The notes: generated by a model from the letters alone, not told the origin. DNA of 64,000 nt from Chitinophagaceae bacterium (GCA_965246935.1 CBDFGC010000006.1:293961-357960), one strand, 5' to 3'. Shown: positions 20,439 through 30,435, numbered from the stretch's first letter. Numbers and translations are program-made.

Positions 20439-20912
20439 CTAAAATAACCGGCAGAACCCAGGGCAAAATAACCGGAGCCACCGTTTATCTGCCACCGTTA
20501 GCAGGATACCCAGCACACCGGCTGCTTTCAGGGTAAAGGCACTGCCGCCCAGGTTAAAATTTTTATTACGAACCCAGGGCAAAATAACCGGAGCCTCCAT
20601 TTTTTCATACAGGGCAGTAACATGCCGGTAATGGGTAGTAAAATAAAAACGGCTAACCGTATCGATATACGAAGCCCCGTAGCCGGTGCCGGAAAGTTGC
20701 AGGGAATAACCCATCAGCCGCAATGAATCGTTGAATACATCTTTTATGAGGCACGTATAAGGCCCGGCACTATCTATTGCAGCGACTATGTATTGACCGG
20801 CAAACAGGCGCTGTACCGTTTTATTGTTTTTTTTCAATAATACAAAATCATGGCTTTGCGCCTGTGTGTAAATGGTGCTAATGAACAAACAGAAGAATAA
20901 GAAAGCTTTCAT
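20439..20912 (-). CDS. Hypothetical secreted protein
   Basis: Signal peptide; contains 25-bp direct repeat (20446-20475 / 20565-20592) near 3' end so true stop uncertain. Confidence 0.4.
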   Translation of the reverse strand: MKAFLFFCLFISTIYTQAQSHDFVLLKKNNKTVQRLFAGQYIVAAIDSAGPYTCLIKDVFNDSLRLMGYSLQLSGTGYGASYIDTVSRFYFTTHYRHVTALYEKMEAPVILPWVRNKNFNLGGSAFTLKAAGVLGILLTVADKRWLRLFCPGFCRLF

Positions 20913-21191
20913 ACTGCACCAAACCTAACAAGAATAGAAGGCTGGTTTTTATAAAAATTCGTTAAGGACGCAGGACGGCATCGCTTCTTCAGGATTTTAA
21001 AACGGTTGAGGTACCGGGCAGTCTGTCCCGAGACTTCGGGAATGCCATCTTTGATTTCGAAACTTGCTATTGATTTGTGACATTCCTGTTGTTTGGAAAT
21101 TAAATTCATGACCATTTGCAGGAACGTTATAAAGGTCGGCATTGCCCAAACTTCGTTTTAGTACAACAGTTCGCTTAGCGATGCCGACCTT

Positions 21192-21875
21192 TCAACCATG
21201 GTAATAATGCTCAATCAGTAACCCGCCAATGATGGCAATACCAAAACCGATGAAAATAAATGCGGATATGCGATTGATGATATGCAATGTTTTAGGTGTA
21301 AATTTTTCCCGCAGTTTACCGGCCAGCGCTACTTTTAATATATCGGTAAACAACACAACGGCCAGTGTAGTGCCAAATAAAATAATGCGGTCGTAAAAAG
21401 GAAGGTAAGCAAAGGAAGTACTCCAGGTAAGCCATAAAAAAATAGGACCCGGGTTCAGGATATTCATAAAATACCCCTGCACAAAGATTTTGTACAGGTC
21501 ATGCGGCACAAGGTGTATATGCTCCGGGTCGGCAGCAATATGTGCCAGCTCTTTTTGTGTAAATTTTATCTCCGTACGTCCCTTTTCAGGTGAGGGATCG
21601 CTTTTAAAAAATAAAGTGTAAAAACCGATGATCAACAACAAAATAGCACCGCCTATAGCAATGGCTACTTTGTACACCAGCAGCCTGCTTACAAATTCTG
21701 CAGCCAGATTGGCTACTACAATCATTGTAAGATCGCTAAAAGAAACACCTGCTATAAAGGTGTAACCGGCTCTGCGGCCATAATGCAGGCTGGTTTTAAT
21801 AATAGCAAATACAATAGGCCCTACGCTAATGGCAAGAAAAAGCCCCAGCCCCAAACCTTTTAATATTAAGTGCAT
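21192..21875 (-). CDS. LysE/RhtB-family amino-acid exporter
   Basis: 227 aa, 6 TM, LysE-type N-terminus. Confidence 0.6.
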   Translation of the reverse strand: MHLILKGLGLGLFLAISVGPIVFAIIKTSLHYGRRAGYTFIAGVSFSDLTMIVVANLAAEFVSRLLVYKVAIAIGGAILLLIIGFYTLFFKSDPSPEKGRTEIKFTQKELAHIAADPEHIHLVPHDLYKIFVQGYFMNILNPGPIFLWLTWSTSFAYLPFYDRIILFGTTLAVVLFTDILKVALAGKLREKFTPKTLHIINRISAFIFIGFGIAIIGGLLIEHYYHG

Positions 21876-22005
21876 GAAAAAAAATTAGTCGGCAGCCAGC
21901 ATAAAAAATGTAGGTGCCAATATTTTTAATAATCCTACAAGTATTAAATGATCTATCGTTTTACCCTGTTTTTTGCGCTATCGCTATCAGCAGTCGATAG
22001 ATGGC

Positions 22006-23577
22006 TCAAGGCATTTTGTATTTCTGATGACTATTGACCGCTACCTGCTGACTTGTTCCCAAAAATGCCAGCCAGTCATCCAGCATTTTACCCTTTAGTA
22101 CCCGTGGAAATTTGTGCTGGCCACCCATCTTTCCTTTGCTGGCCATAAAGTTCATAAATAGCTGTGGTGTCAGCACTTCAACTGTCATTTCTTTTAGTGC
22201 GTGTTGCCTTTCCACTGCGTAATCATCATTTAGTTCCTTTAGTTTTTCATCTATAAAAGCCTCTAATATTACCGCATTCACCATATCATTGGTGGCTACA
22301 TACCAGCGATGGCTAAATAACGTGCCGCAGGTAGTACCGGCTACCGTAAATTCCGGTATAGAAATATTAAAATGAGTTTGCGCCAGTTGAACAGCCTGGT
22401 TAATATTATCAATACTCAGGTGCTCGCCTACCAGGCTCAGAAAAGACTTGGTACGGCCCGTAATAATGATTTCGCATTTTTCTTTATCTACAAAACGGAT
22501 CGTATCTCCAATCAGGTAACGCCATGCCCCGGCAACGGTACTAATCAACAAAGCGTAATCTTTGCCTTCCTCCACCTCGTGCACCATCAGTGCTTTAGCA
22601 TCCGGCTTTATATTGCCATCAGCATCAAAGTTTTTTTCCGAGAATTCAATAAACTCATGGAAAATGTGGTTGTTAGTCACCAGTCGCATACTATCCACGC
22701 CCTGGTGGTGTTGATAAGCAATAAAACCTTCGCTGGCCAGATAGGTGTTGATATAAGTAAGGGGTTTTTCCAGGTATCGTTCAAATCCTTTTTTATAGGG
22801 TTCAAAAGCAACGCCCCCATGTACAAAAAAACTAAGATTGGGCCAGATGTCGTGGATGGTTTTGAGTTTGTACCGTTCAATAATCATTTCCATACAAAGC
22901 TGTGCCCAGGCCGGCACTCCCACCAGAAAGCTGATATCCCAGGAAGGAGCCTTCTCTACAATTTTTTCCAGTTTTTTTTGCCAGTTTTGCTGGCGGGCAA
23001 TTTTTTTGCCGGGCTTGTAAAACGGTTGAAACCAAAAGGGCTGCTTTTTAGCGGTGATACCACTTAAATCGCCGGCATAATAGCCTTTACCTTTTTGAAG
23101 GGTTGTGCTACCGCCAAGTGTAAGCCATCCCTTCGCTACATTACCAAACGGAATATGACTATAACCACGCAGGCTTAGTAATTGCCGCACCATAATTACT
23201 TTATTCCCCCGTATCAGATCATTCGTGATCGGAATATACTTACTGGCAGCCTCGCTGGTGCCGCTGCTAAGGGCAAAGTATTTTATTTTACCCGGCCAGC
23301 ATACATCCGGTATACCATCCAATGTTTTATGCCACCAGTTTTGGTAAATGCTACTGTAATCATGTATCGGAACCAGTTGCTGAAAACTTTTAGCCGGCTG
23401 CTTACTCAACAATATTTCATCGAAGCGGTATTGCTGTCCAAACTGGGTAAAGCGGGCCTTTCGCAGCAATTTTCGCAGCACTTTTAGCTGGCCGCGGGCA
23501 GGGCTTTGTACCGGCAGGTTAAGTGCTCTGGCAATTTGTCCGGGCAGTTTAATGTGGATCAACGCCATTGGCAGCAA
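22006..23577 (-). CDS. GH3-family (auxin-responsive promoter family) acyl-adenylate-forming enzyme
   Basis: ALSSGTSEAASKYIP (adenylation motif), length 523 aa and overall architecture of bacterial GH3 proteins. Confidence 0.7.
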   Translation of the reverse strand: MLPMALIHIKLPGQIARALNLPVQSPARGQLKVLRKLLRKARFTQFGQQYRFDEILLSKQPAKSFQQLVPIHDYSSIYQNWWHKTLDGIPDVCWPGKIKYFALSSGTSEAASKYIPITNDLIRGNKVIMVRQLLSLRGYSHIPFGNVAKGWLTLGGSTTLQKGKGYYAGDLSGITAKKQPFWFQPFYKPGKKIARQQNWQKKLEKIVEKAPSWDISFLVGVPAWAQLCMEMIIERYKLKTIHDIWPNLSFFVHGGVAFEPYKKGFERYLEKPLTYINTYLASEGFIAYQHHQGVDSMRLVTNNHIFHEFIEFSEKNFDADGNIKPDAKALMVHEVEEGKDYALLISTVAGAWRYLIGDTIRFVDKEKCEIIITGRTKSFLSLVGEHLSIDNINQAVQLAQTHFNISIPEFTVAGTTCGTLFSHRWYVATNDMVNAVILEAFIDEKLKELNDDYAVERQHALKEMTVEVLTPQLFMNFMASKGKMGGQHKFPRVLKGKMLDDWLAFLGTSQQVAVNSHQKYKMP

Positions 23578-23614
23578 TACATTTTTAAAAGGTTAGGGGA
23601 TGCAAAGTAAGTAT

Positions 23615-23820
23615 AGAAGAAGTTATGAGAGATAAGTTATGAGAGATGAATTGTAAACGAATAGTGATTGTTGCAAATTATGTGTAGAAGAAGAGATGAG
23701 AGATGAGTTATGAGAGATAAGTTATAAAGGGACAGCGATTATTGCAAATTATCCGCAAAGAATACAATTCAGCAACCCATGTCTTATCTCTCATATCTTA
23801 TCTCTCATAACTCATCTCTT
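23615..23820. repeat. Intergenic nested repeat cluster between divergent GH3 and tig genes (gttatgagagatRa tandem copies and their inverted copies; 30-bp ttgcaaattat direct repeat)
   Basis: Forward copies 23622-23649 and 23693-23725, inverted copies 23782-23817 (cttatctctcata...), direct repeat 23661-23694 / 23732-23762. Confidence 0.7.
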
Positions 23821-23947
23821 TTAATACGGATAAGAATCATATTTGCCCAAAGCCTCCCGGCTACTTACTTTTGCCGCCCGTTTTTATAAAAAGAAAATCA
23901 TACTGTGCAGGATCATTTATACTGCGTTATTAAAGTAAAAATCATTT

Positions 23948-25336
23948 ATGGCTACCATCACCAGAGAAAACATTGCGCCGCTCACCGATAAAATAACCGT
24001 CGCACTTGCGAAGGACGACTATTATCCGCAATTTGAAAAATCGCTGAAAACCTATGCCAAAAAGGCAAATCTGCAAGGATTCAGGCCAGGTCAGGTACCG
24101 CAGGGGCTTATCAAAAAAATGTATGGACAGGGTATATACCAGGAAGAAGTATTGAAGACGGTAGAAAAAGAAGTGAATGGCTACCTGACAGAGCAAAATC
24201 CTGAAATATTTGCACAACCGCTGCCCTCAGAAGATAATAGCCAGGCCATGCGTAAGCTGGACATGAACTACCCGGAAAACCTGAGCTTCAGTTTTGAAAT
24301 TGGATTAAAACCCAAAGTACAGGTACCCGATTTATCGCAGGCCACCATTAAGCGCCACCGGGTAATTGCAACAGAAGAAATGGTAAACCAGGAAATAGGG
24401 TATTATCAGGAAAAAGCTGGTGAACAAAAGGATATCGAAGTAATTGAAAATAATGAGAATTTTTTAACTGTTCATTTTAAAGAAACTGTTGCAGCGGTTG
24501 AAGAAGGTGCTGAACCGCAGGAAGGAATTGATAAAGAGGCAACGCTGTGGGTAAAAGATTTTAGCGAAGCCATGCGGCCGTCGCTGATGGGGCTTCAGAA
24601 AGAGGCCACTTTACAGGCCACCTTGCAGGAGGCTTTTTCCGAAGAAACCCTTAACTGGCTGCTTAAAAATTTAAAGCTGGACAATACCCAAACCGGCAAA
24701 CATTTTACGCTGACAGTTAAAGATATTAAACACACGGAAAAGCATCCGTTGAATGAGGCGTTATTTAATCAGGTGTTTCCGGGCCAGGACATAACTACCG
24801 AACAAAGTTTCCGGGCTGAAGTAACAAAATCAGTGGAAGCGTATTGGGACCAACAAGGCCGTGGACAGGTAGATGATAGCATTTACCATTATTTGTTAGA
24901 CCACACAACGATTGATTTACCGGAAGGCTTCCTGAAAAGGTGGATCCGGCAGGGTGGTGAAAAACCAAAAACCGAAGAGGAAGCCGAGCAATCCTGGCCT
25001 TCGTTCAAAAATTCACTCAAGTGGACGCTGATTTCGGATACACTACTCCGTGAAAATAATATTGACGTAGATGAGGAGGATGTAAGAGACCATGCCCGCC
25101 GGAAGGTAATGGGCTATATGGGTGGCATGGGTAATCCTGATACGATGCCATGGCTGGATAGCTATGTAGAAAAAATGGCCCAGGATAAAAAGTTTGTTGA
25201 TGAAGCCTATAATGAAATTGCTACTATCAAACTGTTTAACTATTTATCCGCACAGGTGCGGTTTGAGGACGAATGGCTGAGCAGGGAAGATTTTATTAAA
25301 CAACAGGAAGATCACCGGGAACATCACCATCATTAA
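23948..25336 (+). CDS. tig: Trigger factor
   Basis: Typical trigger-factor N-terminal ribosome-binding domain and PPIase region, 462 aa; tig precedes clpP as in most bacteria. Confidence 0.85.
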   Translation: MATITRENIAPLTDKITVALAKDDYYPQFEKSLKTYAKKANLQGFRPGQVPQGLIKKMYGQGIYQEEVLKTVEKEVNGYLTEQNPEIFAQPLPSEDNSQAMRKLDMNYPENLSFSFEIGLKPKVQVPDLSQATIKRHRVIATEEMVNQEIGYYQEKAGEQKDIEVIENNENFLTVHFKETVAAVEEGAEPQEGIDKEATLWVKDFSEAMRPSLMGLQKEATLQATLQEAFSEETLNWLLKNLKLDNTQTGKHFTLTVKDIKHTEKHPLNEALFNQVFPGQDITTEQSFRAEVTKSVEAYWDQQGRGQVDDSIYHYLLDHTTIDLPEGFLKRWIRQGGEKPKTEEEAEQSWPSFKNSLKWTLISDTLLRENNIDVDEEDVRDHARRKVMGYMGGMGNPDTMPWLDSYVEKMAQDKKFVDEAYNEIATIKLFNYLSAQVRFEDEWLSREDFIKQQEDHREHHHH

Positions 25337-25606
25337 AGGAAAAAAGGAAAAAGTAAAAAATAAAAACAGGTATTGGCGTAAATGTCAATGCCTTTTTTTA
25401 GTGAAAAATTAAAAATACCAACTGGTCGTTTACAATATTGATAAGTAACCAAAAAGTAAACACTTCCCGAACAGCTCTTTTTACTTTTTAATTTTACCTT
25501 TTTACTTACCCCGTCAAATTGGCTGTAAAAAAATTACTGCACGCAATTTGCCCAAACTACAGTTCGCTATATTGCGCAACACCTTCTTAACAAGAGGATT
25601 TTACCT

Positions 25607-26347
25607 ATGAATTTTGGAAAAGAATTTGAAAAATATGCGGTAAAGCACCGCGGCCTTAGCAGCAATACACTGCATGGCTATATGAACCATAGCTTACCGC
25701 AGGCCGCTGCTTTTATTCAGCCTGCAGGTATTGTTACTGATGTTACCAATCTAACCCCTAATATTATTGAAGAGCGGCCTATGAATGTAGCCGTTATGGA
25801 TGTGTATAGCCGGTTAATGATGGACCGCATCATATTTTTGGGTTATCCTATTTCCGACGAAGTAGCCAACATTGTAACCGCACAACTACTGTTTTTGGAC
25901 AGCACCGACCGGGTACGGGATATTCAGATGTACATCAACTGTCCTGGGGGCAGCGTGTATGCAGGCCTGGGAATGTACGATACCATGCAGTTTGTAACGC
26001 CGGATATTGCAACCATTTGTACAGGTATGGCTGCCAGTATGGGTTCGGTGCTAATGGCAGCGGGTGCTAAAAACAAGCGTTCGGCCTTAAAACACAGCCG
26101 CATTATGATACACCAGCCAAGTGGCGGTGCTATGGGGCAGGCCAGCGATATCGAGATCACTGTAAATGAAGTGCGTAAGCTAAAAAAAGAACTGTATGAT
26201 ATTCTGGCACAGCATACCGGCCAAACACCTGAGCAGATACATGAGGATAGTGACCGTGACAAATGGCTGACAGCTGAAGAAGCGAAAAGCTACGGCCTGG
26301 TAGACGAAGTACTGATCACCAATCCTCGGAAGAAAAAAGATTTTTAA
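25607..26347 (+). CDS. clpP: ATP-dependent Clp protease proteolytic subunit (ClpP1) with Bacteroidota-type N-terminal extension
   Basis: Catalytic triad context GMAASMGSVL (Ser), IMIHQPSGG (His), DRD (Asp); 246 aa. Confidence 0.9.
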   Translation: MNFGKEFEKYAVKHRGLSSNTLHGYMNHSLPQAAAFIQPAGIVTDVTNLTPNIIEERPMNVAVMDVYSRLMMDRIIFLGYPISDEVANIVTAQLLFLDSTDRVRDIQMYINCPGGSVYAGLGMYDTMQFVTPDIATICTGMAASMGSVLMAAGAKNKRSALKHSRIMIHQPSGGAMGQASDIEITVNEVRKLKKELYDILAQHTGQTPEQIHEDSDRDKWLTAEEAKSYGLVDEVLITNPRKKKDF

Positions 26348-26382
26348 AGAATGATACTCACCATTTACCTTAACGAAGTTGT

Positions 26383-26682
26383 ATGCAGACTAATTCAGTA
26401 TTAGCAACGGTTGTGGAAGAAGTGAAGGAAATTTCATTTGATGAAATGAAAAAACGGTATCCGGATGAATGGGTGGTAGTGGGAAACCCGGTGGTAGGAG
26501 AAAGAAATCTGAAGGTACTCTCAGGCATTCCTTTGGTGCATGGTAGAGATAAGAAGATTGTATGTTGGGAAGGCAGGAAAGCTCTTGACAAAGAACAGAT
26601 AGGGAGTTATAAAGTTATCTACACTGGCGATAGTGTTTTTCCTAAGCGGTTTATGACAGGCATATTCCACAGAATACAATGA
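26383..26682 (+). CDS. Hypothetical 99-aa protein translationally coupled (ATGA overlap) to downstream retropepsin-like protease
   Basis: Stop TGA overlaps start ATG of next ORF at 26679; no recognisable motif. Confidence 0.45.
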   Translation: MQTNSVLATVVEEVKEISFDEMKKRYPDEWVVVGNPVVGERNLKVLSGIPLVHGRDKKIVCWEGRKALDKEQIGSYKVIYTGDSVFPKRFMTGIFHRIQ

Positions 26683-27071
26683 AAATTACACCTTATACGG
26701 TTCCTAAAGGCATTAATGCTATCATTATTGAAGGATGGGCAAATGAAGAAGGCTTTCTAAATCTATTATTGGACACCGGCGCTTCACATACTTCTCTTGA
26801 TTCTAATGCTCTTGCTATAAGCAGCATTCAGCTTTCACAACCTGTAGATAAGGTGCTTGTAGAAACAGCCAATGGTGTTATATCTACTAACGTTTATTTG
26901 ATGGATTCGTTAGAATCATTAGGTATTTACAAATCTGCCTTCCCGGTACAAATTATAGATTTTATTGAACGGGGCATCACTTCAGAATACGATGGAATAA
27001 TAGGCCTTGATTTTTTAGCCGGTACGCATTTTTGCATTGACACCGTGCAGCAGCAAATCACTATTCAATAA
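26679..27071 (+). CDS. Retropepsin-like (clan AA) aspartic protease, single-domain
   Basis: Catalytic LLLDTGASHTSLD (DTGA) and C-terminal flap/dimer motif GIIGLDFL typical of retropepsins/DDI1-like proteases; 130 aa. Confidence 0.7.
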   Translation: MKITPYTVPKGINAIIIEGWANEEGFLNLLLDTGASHTSLDSNALAISSIQLSQPVDKVLVETANGVISTNVYLMDSLESLGIYKSAFPVQIIDFIERGITSEYDGIIGLDFLAGTHFCIDTVQQQITIQ

Positions 27072-27086
27072 TTACAAACAATATAT

Positions 27087-27707
27087 ATGTTTTATAACAA
27101 CATAAAAAGCGAAGAAGAGGAACCGGCAGAGGTTCCTGACCTGCCGGAGAACCCGATGGAGAAAATGGTATCGGGATGGCAGTTTGACAAAAAGTTTATT
27201 GAGCAACGCAAAGTATTTCTTTGGGGCGCTGTGGATGATAAAACGGCAAAGGACATTTCCAGCCGCCTGCTGTATTTAGATGCCATTGACCCTGGTAAAG
27301 AAATTACTTTTTACATTAACAGCCCAGGTGGCATTATTACCAGCGGCATGGTTATTTACGATACCATGAAGTTGATAACCAGCCCTGTTGCTACGGTGTG
27401 CATGGGCCTGGCCGCCAGCATGGGTAGTATATTGCTCAGTGGTGGCGAAAAAGGCAAACGCTATATCTACCCGCATGGCGAAGTAATGATACACCAGCCA
27501 AGCGGTGGCGCACGGGGTACCAGTGCCGATCTGGAGATTATGGCGGTACAAATAAAAAAAGCTAAAGAAATAGGCGCCAAAATCTTAGCAGACAACACCG
27601 GCCAGACCATTGAAAAAATCTACAAAGATTTTAACCGGGACTACTGGATGGATGCAAATGAAAGTATTGCCTACGGTATTGTAGATAAGGTGGTTGATAA
27701 GCTATAA
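27087..27707 (+). CDS. clpP: Second ClpP paralog (ClpP2), catalytic triad intact
   Basis: GLAASMGSILL, VMIHQPSGG, RDYWMD; 206 aa, lacks N-terminal extension of ClpP1. Confidence 0.88.
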   Translation: MFYNNIKSEEEEPAEVPDLPENPMEKMVSGWQFDKKFIEQRKVFLWGAVDDKTAKDISSRLLYLDAIDPGKEITFYINSPGGIITSGMVIYDTMKLITSPVATVCMGLAASMGSILLSGGEKGKRYIYPHGEVMIHQPSGGARGTSADLEIMAVQIKKAKEIGAKILADNTGQTIEKIYKDFNRDYWMDANESIAYGIVDKVVDKL

Positions 27708-27724
27708 CTCACTATTGTTGTGGA

Positions 27725-27757
27725 AAGCTCCGGCGCCGAAAAAGCCCGGAGCTTTTT
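27725..27757 (+). terminator. Rho-independent terminator after clpP2
   Basis: aagctccgg(cgccgaaaaagc)ccggagctt + T-run. Confidence 0.65.
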
Positions 27758-28252
27758 TTGACTTTTTTAGTGCTGAAAAAGTATAGTTCCGTTGTAAGAA
27801 GAAACTTTGTTAAATACAGGTTACGTAGAGGCAGTAAAAAAGAGGAATAATTAAGTACAATCAGGTTCTCTGGAAATTTCCTACCTTAGCTTTTTACAAA
27901 CCTTATTTAATCCAGTATTTTTAGATAAATAAAAGACGAATGCAGCCGAATATTTTCGTTATTATATCTTCTGTTCTCCTCAACCCTGTGAAAACCCTAT
28001 ATTGCCATATTAATACATTATTTTATAAAAGGGTGTTTTGCGAAGGCGAAAACAGAGAAATGTCATCCGCTACCATTCCTTCTTTTCTTTGTGCATACCC
28101 TCATACTACCAAACATCACTCAACTTTCTTTTTAGCTAAAGAACGTTAAAGAAACCATCATCGCCAACTTATTATTCTAATTTTGGCGTTTAAACTTAAC
28201 AAAAAGGTATTGTTGCACAGATGCAATAGCACCTGGCCTAGCAAATCTTACA

Positions 28253-29503
28253 ATGGCAAAGCAACCCCTCTTACAGTGTTCATTCTGCAACCGCACCCGC
28301 GACGAAGTGAAAATTTTGATTGCCGGACAAGATGATGTGCATATTTGTGAAAGCTGCGTAGACAGCGCACGGGAAATAATTGAGCAGGAGCTGCAGATTT
28401 TAAATGAGAAGTATAGTATTGGCAGCACTTTCAATAAAATGCACGTTAAAAAGCCAATGGAAATCAAGGCTTTTTTGGATCAGTACATTATCGGGCAGGA
28501 CGATGCCAAAAAGATATTATGTGTAGCCGTTTATAACCACTACAAGCGCCTGGGCCAGCGCCAGTTGCAGGATGAGGAGGTAGAAATTGAAAAGAGCAAT
28601 ATTATTCTGGTGGGTGAAACCGGCACAGGCAAAACCCTGTTGGCTAAAACCATCGCAAAAATGCTGAACGTACCTTTTGCAATTGTAGATGCCACCGTAT
28701 TTACCGAGGCTGGCTATGTGGGCGAGGATGTGGAAAGCATGCTAACCCGCCTGCTGCAAAACTGTGATTACAACGTGCAGGCTGCCGAGCGGGGCATTGT
28801 TTACATTGACGAAATTGACAAAATTGCCCGCAAGGGTGATAACCCCAGCATTACCCGTGATGTAAGCGGTGAAGGCGTACAGCAGGGGCTGCTGAAAATG
28901 CTGGAAGGTACCGAAGTGCTGGTGCCGCCGCAAGGTGGCCGCAAGCACCCGGAGCAAAAAATGATTAAGCTGAATACACAGAATATTTTATTTATAGCTG
29001 GTGGTGCTTTTGATGGGGTAGATAAAATTATTGCCCGCCGGGTAAACACAAACTCAATTGGTTTTAACGTAAATAAAGAGCTGCAGGAAACGCAAAAAAA
29101 GAACCTGTTGCAGTTCATCAATGCGCAGGATTTAAAATCGTTCGGACTAATACCGGAGTTGCTGGGACGCCTGCCGGTAATAACGCATCTGGATCCGCTG
29201 GATGCCGAAACCATGCGTAATATTCTTACTGTCCCTAAAAATAGCCTGGTAAAGCAATACACGAAGTTATTTGAACTGGAAGGCATTAAGCTTTCTTTTG
29301 AGGAAGAAGTATACAACTATATTGTAGGCAAGGCGATGGAATACAAGTTGGGCGCCCGTGGCCTGCGTAGTATATGCGAGCACATCCTTACCGATGCTAT
29401 GTATGAGCTACCTACCAACCGCCAGAAGCAATTTGTTGTAACCATGGATTATGCCCGCAAGCAACTGGATAATAGCAAGATTAGCATGCTGAAAGTGGCG
29501 TAG
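28253..29503 (+). CDS. clpX: ATP-dependent Clp protease ATP-binding subunit ClpX
   Basis: N-terminal zinc ribbon CSFCNR...CESC, Walker [14 protein letters not shown], Walker [11 protein letters not shown], 416 aa. Confidence 0.93.
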   Translation: MAKQPLLQCSFCNRTRDEVKILIAGQDDVHICESCVDSAREIIEQELQILNEKYSIGSTFNKMHVKKPMEIKAFLDQYIIGQDDAKKILCVAVYNHYKRLGQRQLQDEEVEIEKSNIILVGETGTGKTLLAKTIAKMLNVPFAIVDATVFTEAGYVGEDVESMLTRLLQNCDYNVQAAERGIVYIDEIDKIARKGDNPSITRDVSGEGVQQGLLKMLEGTEVLVPPQGGRKHPEQKMIKLNTQNILFIAGGAFDGVDKIIARRVNTNSIGFNVNKELQETQKKNLLQFINAQDLKSFGLIPELLGRLPVITHLDPLDAETMRNILTVPKNSLVKQYTKLFELEGIKLSFEEEVYNYIVGKAMEYKLGARGLRSICEHILTDAMYELPTNRQKQFVVTMDYARKQLDNSKISMLKVA

Positions 29504-29718
29504 AGGAGTTTAAAGTTTAAGGTTCAAAGTTTAAAGTTCTGAACTTCAGGCATTGCTTAATTAATAACAGGCTTCAAACTGCACATATTGTCTTATAAAA
29601 TGATTTTTAAGTCAGTGATTTTAATAAATTATTTGAACGATATTGCTGAAAATCATCAGCAGTTAGTCTGATAATTAAATCACAAATCATAAATCATAAA
29701 TCATAAATCTTTAGCGCT

Positions 29719-30141
29719 ATGAACGAACTCATTCAAAAATTACAGCAACAAGCCGGCCTTACACCCGAGCAGGCCCAAAAGAGCCTGCAAACTATTAAGC
29801 AGTTTGTGGTTGAAAAGTTTCCGATGCTGGCAGGTGCGGTAGATAATATTTTTCCGGATGCACCCGCTGCCCCGGTACCCGCAGATAGTACGGCAGAAGT
29901 AACACCAGTGGACCCTACTTTGGTAAACACCGCAACTGCTACCTCTTATACGCCTCATGATACAGCCGCCGGATTACATGCTACCGCAGAACAAATGCAT
30001 ACCGATGCCGGCACACCTCCTCCCGAAAAAAGTTTTATGGATAAAATAAGCGATTTCATTCCCGGACAGGCCGGTGAAAAAATTGAAGAATTCGTCAAGA
30101 AAGCAGCCCATGAAGCAGACAATCTTTTTAAGAAACATTAG
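29719..30141 (+). CDS. Hypothetical protein
   Basis: 140-aa ORF preceded by aaatcat x4 heptamer repeats; no motif recognised. Confidence 0.4.
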   Translation: MNELIQKLQQQAGLTPEQAQKSLQTIKQFVVEKFPMLAGAVDNIFPDAPAAPVPADSTAEVTPVDPTLVNTATATSYTPHDTAAGLHATAEQMHTDAGTPPPEKSFMDKISDFIPGQAGEKIEEFVKKAAHEADNLFKKH

Positions 30142-30165
30142 CACCAGTCTTAAATAAAAAATTCA

Positions 30166-30197
30166 CCCCGTCACGGCTCAGCTGTGACGGGGTTTTC
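30166..30197 (+). terminator. Rho-independent terminator
   Basis: ccccgtcac(ggctcagct)gtgacgggg + TTTT. Confidence 0.7.
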
Positions 30198-30199
30198 AT

Positions 30200-30298
30200 T
30201 TACCGGGTACTGTCCTGAACTGGGATTTATGGGATGAATGGGATAAATACATGGGATAAATACAGATGTTGTAGAGACGCCATGCTGGCGTCTTACCT
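30200..30298. repeat. Second copy (inverted) of the gggataa/hairpin repeat element
   Basis: gggatttatgggatgaatgggataaatacatgggataaatac...tagagacgccatgctggcgtct matches reverse complement of 5343-5425. Confidence 0.6.
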
Positions 30299-30384
30299 GG
30301 CGGATCAAAATAAGAATTAATAAGAGATAAAATTATATGTTGTCTGGTGTAATACCGCAACTGCCAATAAACAATCAGCAAAAC

Positions 30385-30432
30385 TTCACAGAGGCACCCC
30401 TTCTCCACCTGTGGAGAAGGGGAAGGGGGTTG
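30385..30432. repeat. Solo palindromic module related to the right end of the 13106-13371 MITE
   Basis: gaggcaccccttctccacctgtggagaaggggaagggggttgagg vs gaggcacccctctctacagggagaggggcagggggtgagg. Confidence 0.6.
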
Positions 30433-30435
30433 AGG

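Noticed and set aside
20963-21200. Motif ggacggcatcgcttc (20973) and 12-bp inverted repeat aaaggtcggcat...atgccgaccttt (21133-21195) resembling the terminator hairpin at 48145
   Set aside because: Similarity is limited to ~12-14 nt; insufficient to claim a repeat family.
22372-23487. Sense-strand ORFs (231, 60, 101 aa) overlapping the minus-strand GH3-family gene
   Set aside because: Antisense to a 523-aa conserved CDS; spurious.
25607-25780. ClpP1 N-terminal ~45-aa extension looked like a mis-called start
   Set aside because: Bacteroidota ClpP proteins characteristically carry such an N-terminal extension (MNFGKEF.YAVKH...), so the long ORF is probably real.
27940-28149. 69-aa ORF between clpP2 terminator and clpX
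   Set aside because: Lies in an AT-rich promoter/leader region with no coding periodicity; more likely the clpX promoter region.
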